Positions 12,976 through 25,399 of a stretch of DNA of 64,000 nt are shown here, one piece after another. Location: positions 3,537,223-3,601,222 of the forward strand of contig OZ316892.1 in assembly GCA_973895155.1 (NCBI GenBank), in the 5' to 3' direction. Each line of letters opens with the position of its first letter. Position 1 is the stretch's first letter. Source of the stretch: Marsupella aquatica. Lineage: Eukaryota > Plantae > Marchantiophyta. The translations under genes and the position numbers were made by a program. Below the pieces are notes generated by a model. That model did no database searches. It had not been told where the DNA came from and saw only the letters and a program-made list of their open reading frames with translations.

Positions 12976-15900
12976 CACACCACTTATTACACATTTGATG
13001 TGTGATTACCTGTAGGGACAACATTGCCACTAAAGATTCTAATTTACAATAGAGTGTACAGTGGATAAGTGTAGCATGTATAACTGCATGGTAGTTGTGT
13101 AGTTCCTCAATAACACAGCAAATTCCTTTGTAAATGTACCAAAAATGCACCGTCTGTAAGTGCAGGCTGCCCGACATTAAACAACAAATATACAAGGCCA
13201 TTTGGTCTATAAGAGTACAGATGCATTAATCAATGATTCCAAGACATATATTAGAAACATTTATTGAAAGGTGTAGCAGACAACTATACATTGCAGTTTC
13301 ATGCACTTATCCAGTTGAATCATGCACTACGAGGGTTCTGGGTATGAGAAATCTATGTGTATGACCTGACAACACATTTGTGGAAATGCATGTTATTACA
13401 CTTGTTAAATATATACTTATCAATGGGTGACGGGCAACCTACACGTATGGAACTATAGGGGGTTTTTAATTCCAAATTTAGGACTATTCCTAGAATATTC
13501 CATAAAGTTAGGGGGTTAAAAAATACTTTGTTTTCTCAAGTTTTAGGGTGTTTATTACTTGAAAACTTTGTGCGTGATATGGGATATGGGACCTCCCTTG
13601 GAGTGAGGTCCCCGAGCCAAAATATGGTCCACAAGTAAGAGCTCTCTGTCCAACGTGGTGGTCCATCTAGGCTTCACTTTCCCCATAATCTTACTAGTAA
13701 AGTACAATCAAACCGTATTGTTTAGGGTTAAGGTCTAGAGTAAAGCCTCTACACCGTGACTCTAAGGTGTAACTAAAAACTGGGGTGGGGTGGAAAATGA
13801 CCAGGAGGCAATGGACTGAGTATGCACAATTACTAGTCAGAGATGACTAGAGATTTAATGCAAGTCTCTAAACTAGCTGGATTAGATGCAAGTAGCAGGG
13901 CAAGTAGCTAACCGGCACCCAGTTGGTATTGACATTCAAACCAAGGCATTGAGGAGTAGCTAGTGCTAGGGAGTTGGTGATGGCGATGGAAACCTGGGGA
14001 ATGCATGTGAGATGCACTTTTCTGTACTCACCTCTCTCCATGTTCAAAGAACAAGTATTCACACTAGTTGCATATCAAAATGTACCTGCCATGTCACTCC
14101 ATATCATAATAAACTCTAATATTTTGTTTAAATCATTGAGTGTTATGAAGGTTTGTGATATGCAATTTGGGGATGCCATTGAGATCACTCCCTCTTAGAG
14201 CCCTGCCAAATCGGGAGTAGCAAGCTGGTGAGGCACCTGCGTACCGGGCTGCGTACCTAGCTGGGTTTATGCGGGGGTTTACGAAGAGTGCAACCAGATG
14301 TCCCGGACCACTTGTCCCACCTTTCACACTCACTAAAAATTGTCGGTCATGAGTGTGTCAAGTGCACTCGCCAATGCATTTGTCCCATTGAATAAGAGAG
14401 GGCCAATAGCAAACATCAATTGATCTTGGCAGCCTTTGTCACACTCTGTGGTCTTGGACCCTAGGATTGTCAGTCTCCAAAAAGCATTGAAAAGGTCAGG
14501 CTGGAATATTGCGATGCACAGACCATGACAAAGTGGGGCTCAAAAATTGGGCCTGTGGGCTCATCCCAGGATACTTGCTCCTAAGTTGCCCCACCAATGG
14601 GAGTATATATTAATTTTTTGTACTTGCGGGGGTCACTATATGGAGGGCCATACATTGTGTGGGACATTGTAGGATTTGACCAACTTATGAGTAAAAAACC
14701 AGATTTGTAACACCCTTTTTTTCTTTAAATTTTGCCATTTTTTACTTTAAACCCCTAAAACCTTTAAAGAAAGAATTTTTTATAATTAAATAGGCCTATT
14801 TGTTCTTAAAAGCCGTTCAATCAATAAAAAATGTCATATTAATTCTTCCACAAACTTTGGAAGTATTATGCCTCACCCATTTAAATGGCCCTAAACTTCA
14901 TTGCATGTGATGGGCCACTTCTGTAGAAGTGACCCCCCCCAAAGTCTTTGGTCAAGGTCAACAACAGACGGACCAAAAATCTCAGTGTTCGATAAGGAAA
15001 AGTGGACAAAATCTCAATGTCCAAAAGGGAGAAGTGTCAGTCATGCCAAGTCTCCAAAGACTAAGTTCTTATCTCCCAACTCACAGGCTCTATAACAATG
15101 AGCTAAATTCCTCTAACTTGCTAGCTAACTCTTGCTGATGAACATAGTACTAGCACATCCAATTATATCCTGGAAGCACTTGAATCTTGTTCAACTAACT
15201 ACAACTACATAGTAACTCTAGACCTAGAAGTAAATGTCTAACAGTTTATTTAAAGAATGTTTTAGCGCAAATTGGACCATTTGATGATATGTTAATAAGG
15301 GCTCACAAAAGTTAGCCAAAGTGTGTTACCATCCAAAATACTGGAGAATGCTAAATGATAGTAGACAAGCAAAACCTCTGAAATGATGAAAAAGCTGGTG
15401 CAATGTGTGCAGTTAAAAGGAGAGGCTAGGATGCAACAAAGAGTCTAGCTCAAAAAGTCACAAGCACAACAAGCAACAAAACTGAGCAAACACCACTAAA
15501 TAATAGGCATTGTGGATGATGGGAGTGTTTTCCATTGAACACTGCAAAATATAGTAGCAAAGATGTCCTACCAAACCCTGAGCATAAGATATTCTAATGC
15601 CTAATTGCATTCACTTTATTAGTAATGGCATTCATAGCAATGTTGGTAGAGTGCATAAAATATAAGTTTTTTAAATAGGTCTGTGTTGAAACCCTTTGCC
15701 CACAACTGACCAAACCAGATCACACACCTGTTGTAATTGTTAAAGGCGGGGTTAAAGGAGAAAGATGACATCCATATAGCATGCTAAGTCCATCAAAGCA
15801 AAACAATATGGGCATGATCTAGAGACTGCAATATGTACCCCCTCCCTACACTCCTTCCTATTATTCCTACATGGTCCTAAATTGTCCTTTAATTCCCAGC

Positions 15901-17136
15901 TGCTGATCTTGGACTGAGGCTTTGAATTGGTCTAGGGAATATTAAGTTGTGTTCATAAACTTTGCTCTATATAGATTTAAGGGGGGGTTTAAGTTGTCGT
16001 GCGCATACACATGACTACACAACATACATCGCTTGTCACACACATCCAAACACATCCACAATGCAGCATCACAAACACAAGATAATGGAATACAAATGGA
16101 ACTCATGTCCACACATGTCCAAAACCCACAATAATCTTCACAACAATCGGCACAACGATCCCGGTCAACAATATCCCATCAATCCCGCACCGATCCAATC
16201 ACACACGTATGTCAAGCCAACGCACCTTGCACTACTCAAGGAATCCACGTTGCCCAAGCGGAGCTCACAGGCACCATAGCCACACTCGAGCTCCTCTCTC
16301 TCCAAGGCCCTCACAAGGGAGAACTACTCTTCGACACAAACCTAATGGAACCCTATCGACTCCAATAGCACACATAAAAAATGTACGTACTCAACTAGCA
16401 CTATATACTACAACAACATCTAGAATGGTGTGACAAAGTGCATGGTCACCTATAAGGAACACCATCACATGTTGTTGCTCTGCTGCAACATGGTATCTGG
16501 AGTCTCGGGAAATTGCTGCAACCATAGTCAGCATGTATGTCATGGTGTGCCGAGATGGTGTGTTCCTGTCCTCTCTGGATCTCTCTCTCTTTGCTGACCA
16601 CACTTAGGTATATGAACTCCTCCTAGGTCCAACCACTTGTGTTTGTGGGGCATCTTTGAGCCCTGAGGGAGTTCATGTTCCATGGAACCCTTTACCTAAG
16701 TGTGGTCACCAGAGTGGTTGGACCTAGGAGGAGACCAAGTCAAAGCACATGGATGTGGTAAAGATCTGAAAAACAACTCAAATGGAAGGGGCCTGAAATG
16801 AACCTCGAAATGAACGTCTAGCAAAGTTTAGCTAGGCATCAGTACAAGATTGTAAAACTAGTCCGGATCTAGTCCAATGGTGTACTTGACAGGATGCTGG
16901 GTAGGGTGTCATGGTGCATGCATGCAATCAAAAATTCCTTTCTGAACTCAGTCGAGAGAATCCCAAACCTCCTCAATAGCCAGAGAGGGCAAGATGGACA
17001 TGGCACTCCTGGGATTTACTCTACCCATTTGCATACAGGTGTTTGGAACTCTTCACAAAATATCTTTGACTATTTCCTATGGCATGTGCAAGCTTTTGTA
17101 TACAACCAAGTCCTTATCCTCTTATTTATGTCTTCA

Positions 17137-18540
17137 CTAGCTCAATACCCTGTGCGTTGCACAAAAGACGTCGTGCAGAAAAAAATGTTGTGTTGCCCAA
17201 GATGTTGTTAAAACACATGTCGTGGCACCCAAGATGTCACTAAGAAAAAAAGTGTTGTGGCGCCCAAGATGTCGTTAGGAGAAAAGATGTTGTGTTTCCC
17301 AATATGTTGTTATGTGAACAATGTCCTGAAGTAAATGGATGTCATTTTGCCTAAGATGTTGTCAAGTAAATAGATGTTGTGTCACCAGTAATGTCATTAT
17401 GCCAAAGATGTCATTAAGTACAAAGATGTTGTTAGGTACAAAATGGTCAATAAGTAAAGTATGTTATTAGTCAAAGATGTTGTTAAGTACATCTTGGGCC
17501 CGATACCTGTGCATTGCACAAAAGATGTTGAGGTGAGAAAAGATGTCAAGGTGAAAAAAGATATCAATGAGAGAAAAATATGTACTGGTGAGAAAAGTAT
17601 GTCAAGGAGAGAAAAGATGGTGAGGTGAGAAAACGACGTCAAGATGAGGGAAAGATGTAGAGGAGAGAAAGAATGTCAAAGTTGAGGGAAAGTTGTCATG
17701 GTGAGATAAAGATGGCAACGTGAAACAAGATGACAAAATGACAATATATATGATGAGATGACAATATATATGTCGAGATGAGAAAAGATCTTGAGGTGAG
17801 AAAAGATCTCAAGATGAGGAAAAGTTGTCAAGATGAGGAAAAGATTTTGAAGTGAGAAAAAATGTCTTGGTGAAGTGAAGATGTCAATGTAGGAAAAAGA
17901 TGGTGAAATGAGAAAAAGATGTCAAGGCAAGGAAAAAATGTTGAGTTTGAGATCTACATGTAAAGATTAGAAAATATATCTTGTGAACGTGAGAAAAGAT
18001 GTCAAGGCATGGCAAAAAATAATAAACGTTGTGATGTTGAGGCATGTTATGTGTGATCCTGGCCATACAATAGTTGTGGTCGTGTTAACCCGTGCGTTGC
18101 ATATAGAAATTGGAGACGCGAGATAACGACCACCATATCATAGAGGCCAAGCATAATTGAGTGACAGGAAACTCTGTGTTTTTAAAAAAAATTAGAACAA
18201 ATACTTTCAATATATTTTATTTATAATCAAAATTATTTCAAAATTTTTAGAATTATTTATATATGAATAAACTGAATTAGTATTTAATTAAGTTTCTCAT
18301 TGTAACAGGTATGGGAAGGCCAAAGGGTAGCTTGGGCAGGAACTTGTTTTAGAAGGGGTGTATGGATACATTTGATGGTGTAGAGAAATTAATATTTTGA
18401 TGAACGGTCAAGATTCACTTTTTTTTAATTTGTAAAGGGACTGGATACCTATTATAGTGGTACATAGTAAAGGGAGGACGTCTCCTTGATCCTGGTGCCG
18501 CATTGCTAGAGCGTCTCTCCATTTACTTTGTATAATTAGA
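17137..18540 (-). mobile_element. Probable non-autonomous Helitron filled with degenerate AAAGATGT tandem repeats
   Basis: Minus strand begins A|TCTAATTATACAAAG (18540) and ends with hairpin TGTGC-AAC-GCACA (17163-17151) then CTAG|T (17140-17137). A|T target, no TSD. Extra hairpin-like copies at ~17505 and ~18090. Confidence 0.55.
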
Positions 18541-21500
18541 TTCCTTTTTGCTTGGAAATAGTGCACTCCATTTTCATTCACATTATATTCATTTTCCTTT
18601 TTGTTTTATTTCTTCTTGTTGGTTAGATTCTTTCCTGTTTTTTGGGGGGAGCACTGCAAATTTGAAAGACGACCACGCTATAAAAAGGCACAACCTTTTA
18701 TTATAGCTTTCAATTGCCTCCTTTAGCCAAGGGTCAGGGATTTCTAGGGGATTTCTACAAGAAGTAATAAAAACAAAATCTGAGTTTTGCAGAAAATGGC
18801 ACGAACTGACACTTATAGTAGCCATATGGATGTATCTGACAAACATAAGAAGGGATTTTCCGTACGCAAGGTGGGATACAAACACTGAAATACAAGTAGC
18901 CATGCTGCAACAACAATCACTGGGACTTGGCTCAAAGGAGGAGGCATATGCTGCTCACCACCATGGAGATTGGTTACGGACCCCACTAGAGGTTCCTTCC
19001 AAAATTCCTGGCACCACAGAGTGCCACGTCAGCAACAACCGCAACAAACAAGAATGGTCATGTTTGCGCAACGAATAAACTCCTCTCCATCTTGTTTACG
19101 TCGCTTTTCGTGTAATTTTATGGACGCCATGCCGTCAAAACATAATGTAAAAGTAATTAAAAGTTCATCCAAATCTATTGATACAAAGGGCGAGATTAAA
19201 AACATTCACCCATATTCTCTTTACTTAAATTTATAAATGTTTTTTTATAAAAGTAAATAGTGTTCAACGTAAACAGTAACCGTATTCCTGTGTAACTGCC
19301 GAAATAAAACCGTCAGAACAAAAGAAGCACATCAACATTTCGAAAGGGAGGAAGGCTTTTGATGAAAGTAATGAAAAGAGGAAAGCTCGAAAGGAGTTTC
19401 GCCTCTTGAAGTGCAAAGTAAAGAGGAATGTTGGAGAAACAAAATCAAAAAAGATCAGAAGCCGAATGAAGAAAGGAAAAATGAGAACTGATCGAGGACA
19501 GAAAAGAGGCGCAGCACATCTTAATCAGAAACAAATAGATCGAGCAGAAAGAAGGAGAAGCAAAGAGAATCGATAAGGACATTGACAAGATCGATAAGGA
19601 CTGATCGACCTCAACTACTCTAGCAGATCACTGAAGCTCAACGTAGTAGTCCACTAATCGAATAAAAACAGGTGGGGGTCCACGAACTAATTTTAATTAC
19701 CCACTTTCTTTGGAGGTGGCTCCCCATCCAACTCTACACCCTATCTTGGACCATTTTTGGTAAGCATGTGTGATCTTTGGTGTAGAGACGAGGCTCTATC
19801 CCCCAATTATAGTACTTTGTCATTGCCTTCTTCTATTCAGGAGTGTCTGTCCTTCCAGAGGGCTCAGGTATCCACCCTTATTTGGAGGGCCGAGGTTACT
19901 CTAGTGGTTTTAGGATTCCCAGACAAATTCTTCTTCATGTCCTTCTGCAGTTTGCTTGGAAGCTTTACTACTGTGGGGCTTCTGAGCTCTTTGGTCTTCA
20001 TGAGGTTTTCCCTGTTTTCTATTTTTTATTGGGTCTCCTGCCTGGTGATTTCTTTGGTAGTGTGATGTATATGGTTTCTTAATATGGTACCCATGTTGTG
20101 TTCTCAGGTAATGCAGCCATTAGCACATCTAGAAAACATTCAACAGATTCACTCTAAGACATGCTTGGCACTGTCTTCCGAGTGGAAGGATAATTTGAAG
20201 GGTCTACTCACTAAAAGGTATGATTGTGGTGGCCTCAGTCCCTCGGCTCAATTGTACAGGTCACCTTTGCCCCATCCTATCCCCACACTCACAACAAATG
20301 CTATTCCATTTTTGTGGTGCAGATTGGTGAAATTTGGAACAAACAATTTGCAAGAAAGTGCTTGGCTTCTTATATTCGAAGCTTTGTAGCACACAAGAAT
20401 GACTCGCAATGTGAAGTTTACACAATCATACTCCTGGTGTTCCAATGTTGTAGACCAGAGCAGAGTGCTTGGTTACTTTCTTTATATTGCAATTGCTGCC
20501 CAATGTCCATCGAGATGGTGACTGAGGCTCTGCTCTTCCTATGGTTTCTGTATGAGATGATGGATTTCATCGGTTAAAACATGCCTCAGCCGCCGGAGAA
20601 ACGACCGTAGAGATTCACGAGTGCCCATCTATGACTCAAATACTGCAGTCGATCTCACGATAATCTTAACAGACAACTATTTGTGGCAGGCAGAGATCAA
20701 TAGTTCCAAATTATCTCAACCAAGGAACTGGAAGGATTCTGTCACCATTTGGCATCTGGTCAAGTAGCTAACTAGCAATTTACATGTGTTTTCCTACCTT
20801 CACATAGACCACCTTAAAATTTCAGCTTCCAGTTCTCTGCGTCCAAATGGCATGTATGGTAGGTGACAATCTCTTCGACGAGATTGATCTAACTTAGATT
20901 TCAATGACACCTCAAGAGCACTAAAAGTGACTTATTCCCCTTGGGTGTGATCGGGTGACATTGCATGAAGATGAAAATACGAAAAGCATTCACGGAAAAA
21001 AAATAAGGTGAAGATGGCATGGCAGGATTGCTTAGAGGGGCACTGGATGTGTGATCTAGCAAATTGACATTGCAAAAGCAAGAAATTAAAAACAAAAGCT
21101 GAAGGATTCAAGCAAGGAATTGAGCAGGTTGGTAAGAGTTTGGAAGTTGGGAATTCCTCTGCCTAAAAGAAGTAAATGTCTGGACGCCTCGATCCGCCGT
21201 GCAACATGAAGCCATGAAATTCAGAAATGATTTACTTAGGAAGTTCCATGCTAATGGCATGTGATAAGAGTCCTTGAAGCACTTTGATGTGTTTGCGAAA
21301 TGGAGCTGTGACAGACAGAACAGAACAAAGCAAGCACTCCTCTCGACCGTTGTTGAACTCGAACTCCGCGTACAGAGTCAATCCGACATGTTACCAAAAT
21401 CTGAATATAAGCAACCTTCAAGCCCGTCCGTTTCACATCTTGAAACTTTCAGTCCTCTGGGCAATGTAATCAATGCATAAACCTAAATGAAGTCAATGCT

Positions 21501-22094
21501 CCTTTGTCAGTAGAAGTTGCATGTAGAGTGACAGTAGAAACAATTTTTCTCTCACAATCAAATGAATCAATTCATCCACTATAATTGCCAAATGAATGAG
21601 AATCTTGAAGGAAGTTACACTTATGCAACAACCTCACGGGAAACTGCAGATATGAGAATCATCAGTTGTATGGTCAACAGCCGGGATTCGATCTAGTTAG
21701 TACAAATAGTGCTTTTACTCACATAATTATGCTGTTTTTCTCCTTGTTAAATCTTACTGAGAGTGTGAAAGGAAAGGTGTTCAAGGTCCAGCATTAATTA
21801 CGACCTCACTCGGACTCTCGGTACCTCAAAAGCAGCGATCAAGGGACTGTATCCTCTGTATCAGTCGAGGGCGGGTTGTAGTGCTGACAGGATTGACATC
21901 TCAAACTCCCCAAATCTCATCGTTTGCTGCTGAATAGATTCAGCAGAGAGTTGTTCTGGTTAATTGCCATCGTCAAGAGTGCAGCAACGTCGTTTGTATT
22001 CGATATGAAGGCAAAAGTTGGTCTGAGCTCTCCTCGATATGTTGCAAAAGGCGCCATTGGTGACCTTTACGGTGGATGAGCCTCAGCAAAATTA

Positions 22095-22896
22095 ATGAAG
22101 TCCGTGAAATGGCACGGCAAGGAGGACATTCGGATGAACTCCAAGAGGCTAGTGCCTATAATCACAGACCCAGCCGACATCATTGTGAAAGTCACGAGCA
22201 CTTGCAGCTGTGGCTCGGCCCTATTGTATCTCGCAATATGCCCCGAATGGTGATTAGAGATATCCTCGGGCATGAGTTTCATGGGGAAATTGAGGATCAC
22301 AGACGACGTCGGGCCGAACGTGGAAAATTTGAAAAAGCGTGAAAGGGAGAGGGAGAAGGGTAAGGAAGAACTATACGGCGCTCGAACTGCAGGATTGTTG
22401 CTACTCTCATGTCAGTGGCAGGGAGGGTATCCTTGAGGGCAGTGGGAATACTTGTGTGTCCGTCCCGCTTGCTGATTTCAACACGTTACAAATTGAAGCC
22501 AGCACCATTCCAGACCGTCATTCTCTTCGCGGACATTGTGCCTAAAGCTCGGCACACCTGTGAGCCCGGGGAAGTCCATGACGGGGATAGAGTGGCTAAG
22601 GAAGTCAGTTTGAACTAACGAAGCAGGTTTGATCGACGAGTTTGACTCTCGGTAGTCCCACGCCAAGAAGACTCTTCCCTCCATCTCAATTTCAAGCTGG
22701 AGGGGGTCTCAGAAAGTTCTTCCCCGACTCCACAACAGTGAGTATTGATGAAGTTGGCATGTCCAACGCCACGTCTCTGATCCACAAGGGTCAAACCGCA
22801 CCGAAACTACTCCTGAGATTGTGTTGGGTGGGAGAATCTCGATCCATTGTGTTGGAGGGGAGAATCTCGATCTCGGTGCGTACGCAAGCGTGGGCA
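22095..22896 (+). pseudogene. Frameshifted zinc-dependent MDR (glutathione-independent formaldehyde dehydrogenase-like / YbdR-type) pseudogene
   Basis: Fragments across frames: MKSVKWHGKEDIRM...DPADIIVKVTSTCSCGS, NMPRM...DILGHEF, VPLADFNTL, VILFADIVP...GEVHDGDRVA, SIDEVG...SLIHK, GRISI. Multiple frameshifts and deletions; no introns evident. Confidence 0.8.
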
Positions 22897-24257
22897 AGAG
22901 GACGTGTTAAAAGTATTTTATGGCGAGGATTTAAATCGCCACTAGCTACAGGGTAGTGTCAATACTTTTACCTTTGTTTTCTTCAGCTACATTACCACGC
23001 TACATTACCACTAAAGATGTACAATAGTGTCACTATTTTTGTAGTATTTATAAAATGCAACAGTAGATGGTTACCTTGGTAAATTTGTCATCCATATACA
23101 ATCCATATACAACACTGTGACATTTTTATAAATACAGGAAAACAATGATAGTATTATGAATTAAAATATTTTAGTAACAAAGTAATTAATTAATTTTTTC
23201 TTTCCTGGAATTGTTCTTCTCTCCCCTTCCATATTGCTCCACATATTCACTGAAACTATATTATTTATGGTAAAACCTGGTGGTTTGCGTCATGGCTAGT
23301 GGTGGGTTAAGGAGTTCTGGGCTATCTAAATACCCATAAGAATCTTTAAGTCTAACAAATTTCCACCCATAATAATTTGCTTAGGGGAGAATTTTGACGT
23401 GCCCTAATGGCACAGATTGGGGGCTTTAAGGGAGAAGCCTTTGACTATGCGCTGTGGACAAATGCCGGTCCAAATGTATCGGCATTTGGTATGATCTTCC
23501 AGCAAGGTATTGGGGTGACTTTACAATACTGTCCTGGTACTTGTGACTTTTTCATCTTGCATGTAAGTAATCGGCCCTTTCTTTTGCAGCCTGACTTCTC
23601 CCTAGTTTTCACCAGCTCCAGATTTAGTGGGCCGGCCTCATTTTGTTTTCATTAGAGCATCCGCACTGGTCCGCCATACAAGGTGGCCGGTAGCGTAAAT
23701 GCAGGGTTTCGCCAGGGAATCTGTTTTTGGCCTCCCCACCGAGCGACAATAGGGTTCCGCCAAATGGCAGGGACGGGATAAACAAATTCCCCCTGTTAAG
23801 TATCGACGATGATCGCAACGGCAAGCACAACTAGATTTTGTTGTGTCAGATGCAAACAATACCTCCTCATAATCGTCGTTAATATAATTAACGACTTCCA
23901 TGACTACGTTTATAACTACGTCCGACGTAACGGCGACGTCGGAGAAATCTAAGCGCCGATTGCCCCCATTTTAACGTCGCTGGAAACACATTAAAATTAA
24001 CGTCTCTGGATGAGCTGTCCTAAACGTCGTTTTGGTCGTCGTTCAATATTAACGACGTATTAGAGGACGTAATGTGTTTAGGGTATAACGACGTCAATGT
24101 TTACGTCGTGGAGGGAGACGTACGTAAAAGTGGTAACGTTGCTCTGTAGGACGTTCCGATTGAATCAAGCCATGTTAGACGTTGAGTACATCGGTGTGGA
24201 CGACTTGAATGAGGAGTAGTCCATGCTGACTCGAGTATAGCTTGGGTTTTCTACAGG

Positions 24258-24936
24258 AGGATTTTGGTTTAAGAGTGCTGAGACCAAAGTAGGCTTGCAT
24301 TTGTGATTTTTGGAGAATGCACTCTTCCTGAGTACAGAGAAATTGCAGCGTGGGATCTAGACTCAGTGTTCAGTCATGGTGCGCAAGTTCTTCAAAGATG
24401 TGCATTGTTGCTTCCTTCCACTTGGTGAAGAGGACAAGACTATACGTGGGTTCTTTTGTCGGGGAGGTGTTATTGAGAAGTTGTGTACCTCGGAAACAGA
24501 CTACTTGCTGGCCTATACGTGGAAAGAAGTTGTTGAGCACTTCAGTGACTACCATGGATTGATCGAGCACTTTGCAGAGACAGTTCATTTCATTTCTATC
24601 CGTTGGGTAGAGTGCTCAATTCTGGCCAACAAACAGTTGGATCCAGGAGACTTCCTGCTGCATCCAGGTGATGATCAGATGTTGGATGAGGCGCCCAACC
24701 CAGATGATGGGGAGGCATATCCACCTACATTGCCCAAATGTGAGCTGTCTCCGACTGAGCTTCACATTGTCTTGTATGATTACAAGGAAAGTTGTGCAGT
24801 TGAGGTTGAGGCTGAAAGGCTAAAGGCTGGGGAAGAGGTCGTCCGGAAGAAATGGAACCAGAGGCAGAGGCGTGATTCTTACAAAAGAAGGAAGGCAGAT
24901 GAGGAGTACTACTGGTCTGGTGAAGGAACTCCTTAA
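24258..24936 (+). pseudogene. CACTA-internal ORF weakly resembling the C-terminal DUF4216-like region of TnpD
   Basis: 186-aa ORF 24376-24936, extended upstream in frame through two stops to an acceptor at ~24257 (GFWFKSAE...TQCSVMVRK...GGVIEKL...FISIRW...LDPGDF). Similarity judged by eye only. Confidence 0.4.
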
Positions 24937-25399
24937 GTAGCAACAATCTGGATGTCAATGGATGAGGCAGTTTAGTGATTCGGCTAGGTTATAGTCGCTT
25001 TGTGGTGGACATGCAATGTGCTTTGTAGGACCTTTGTATCTCTATATCATACTGAAACTGAATAAAGACTCCCTCATGTTTTTCATTTTGAATGCATGTG
25101 CCAATTAATGTCACCACTGTCATTAACGTCGCGCGGATATAGTAACATTGCAATACACGACGTCTTTGGTTTAATACGTACCCTAAAACGACGTAAGTTA
25201 GTTTAACATCGTTTTAAGTGGAGAATCAACGTCGTGTGGAGTAACGTAAACGGGGTCGTGGCTAAATTAACGTCGTTGAAGGCTCAATAAAATGACGTTA
25301 ATTGGAATTAACGTCTGCCTGATACGACGTAGTTTGAAGATACATTGGTCTACCGAACGTAATAGTCATACAACGACGTTACCCACAGATGCTACAAAC

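Noticed and set aside
12698-13201. 167-aa ORF with 22-aa repeats
   Set aside because: Translation of a 66-bp tandem repeat; no domain signal.
15995-16418. TGTCGT...ACAACA segment resembling a solo LTR
   Set aside because: No matching TSD and no second copy in the window.
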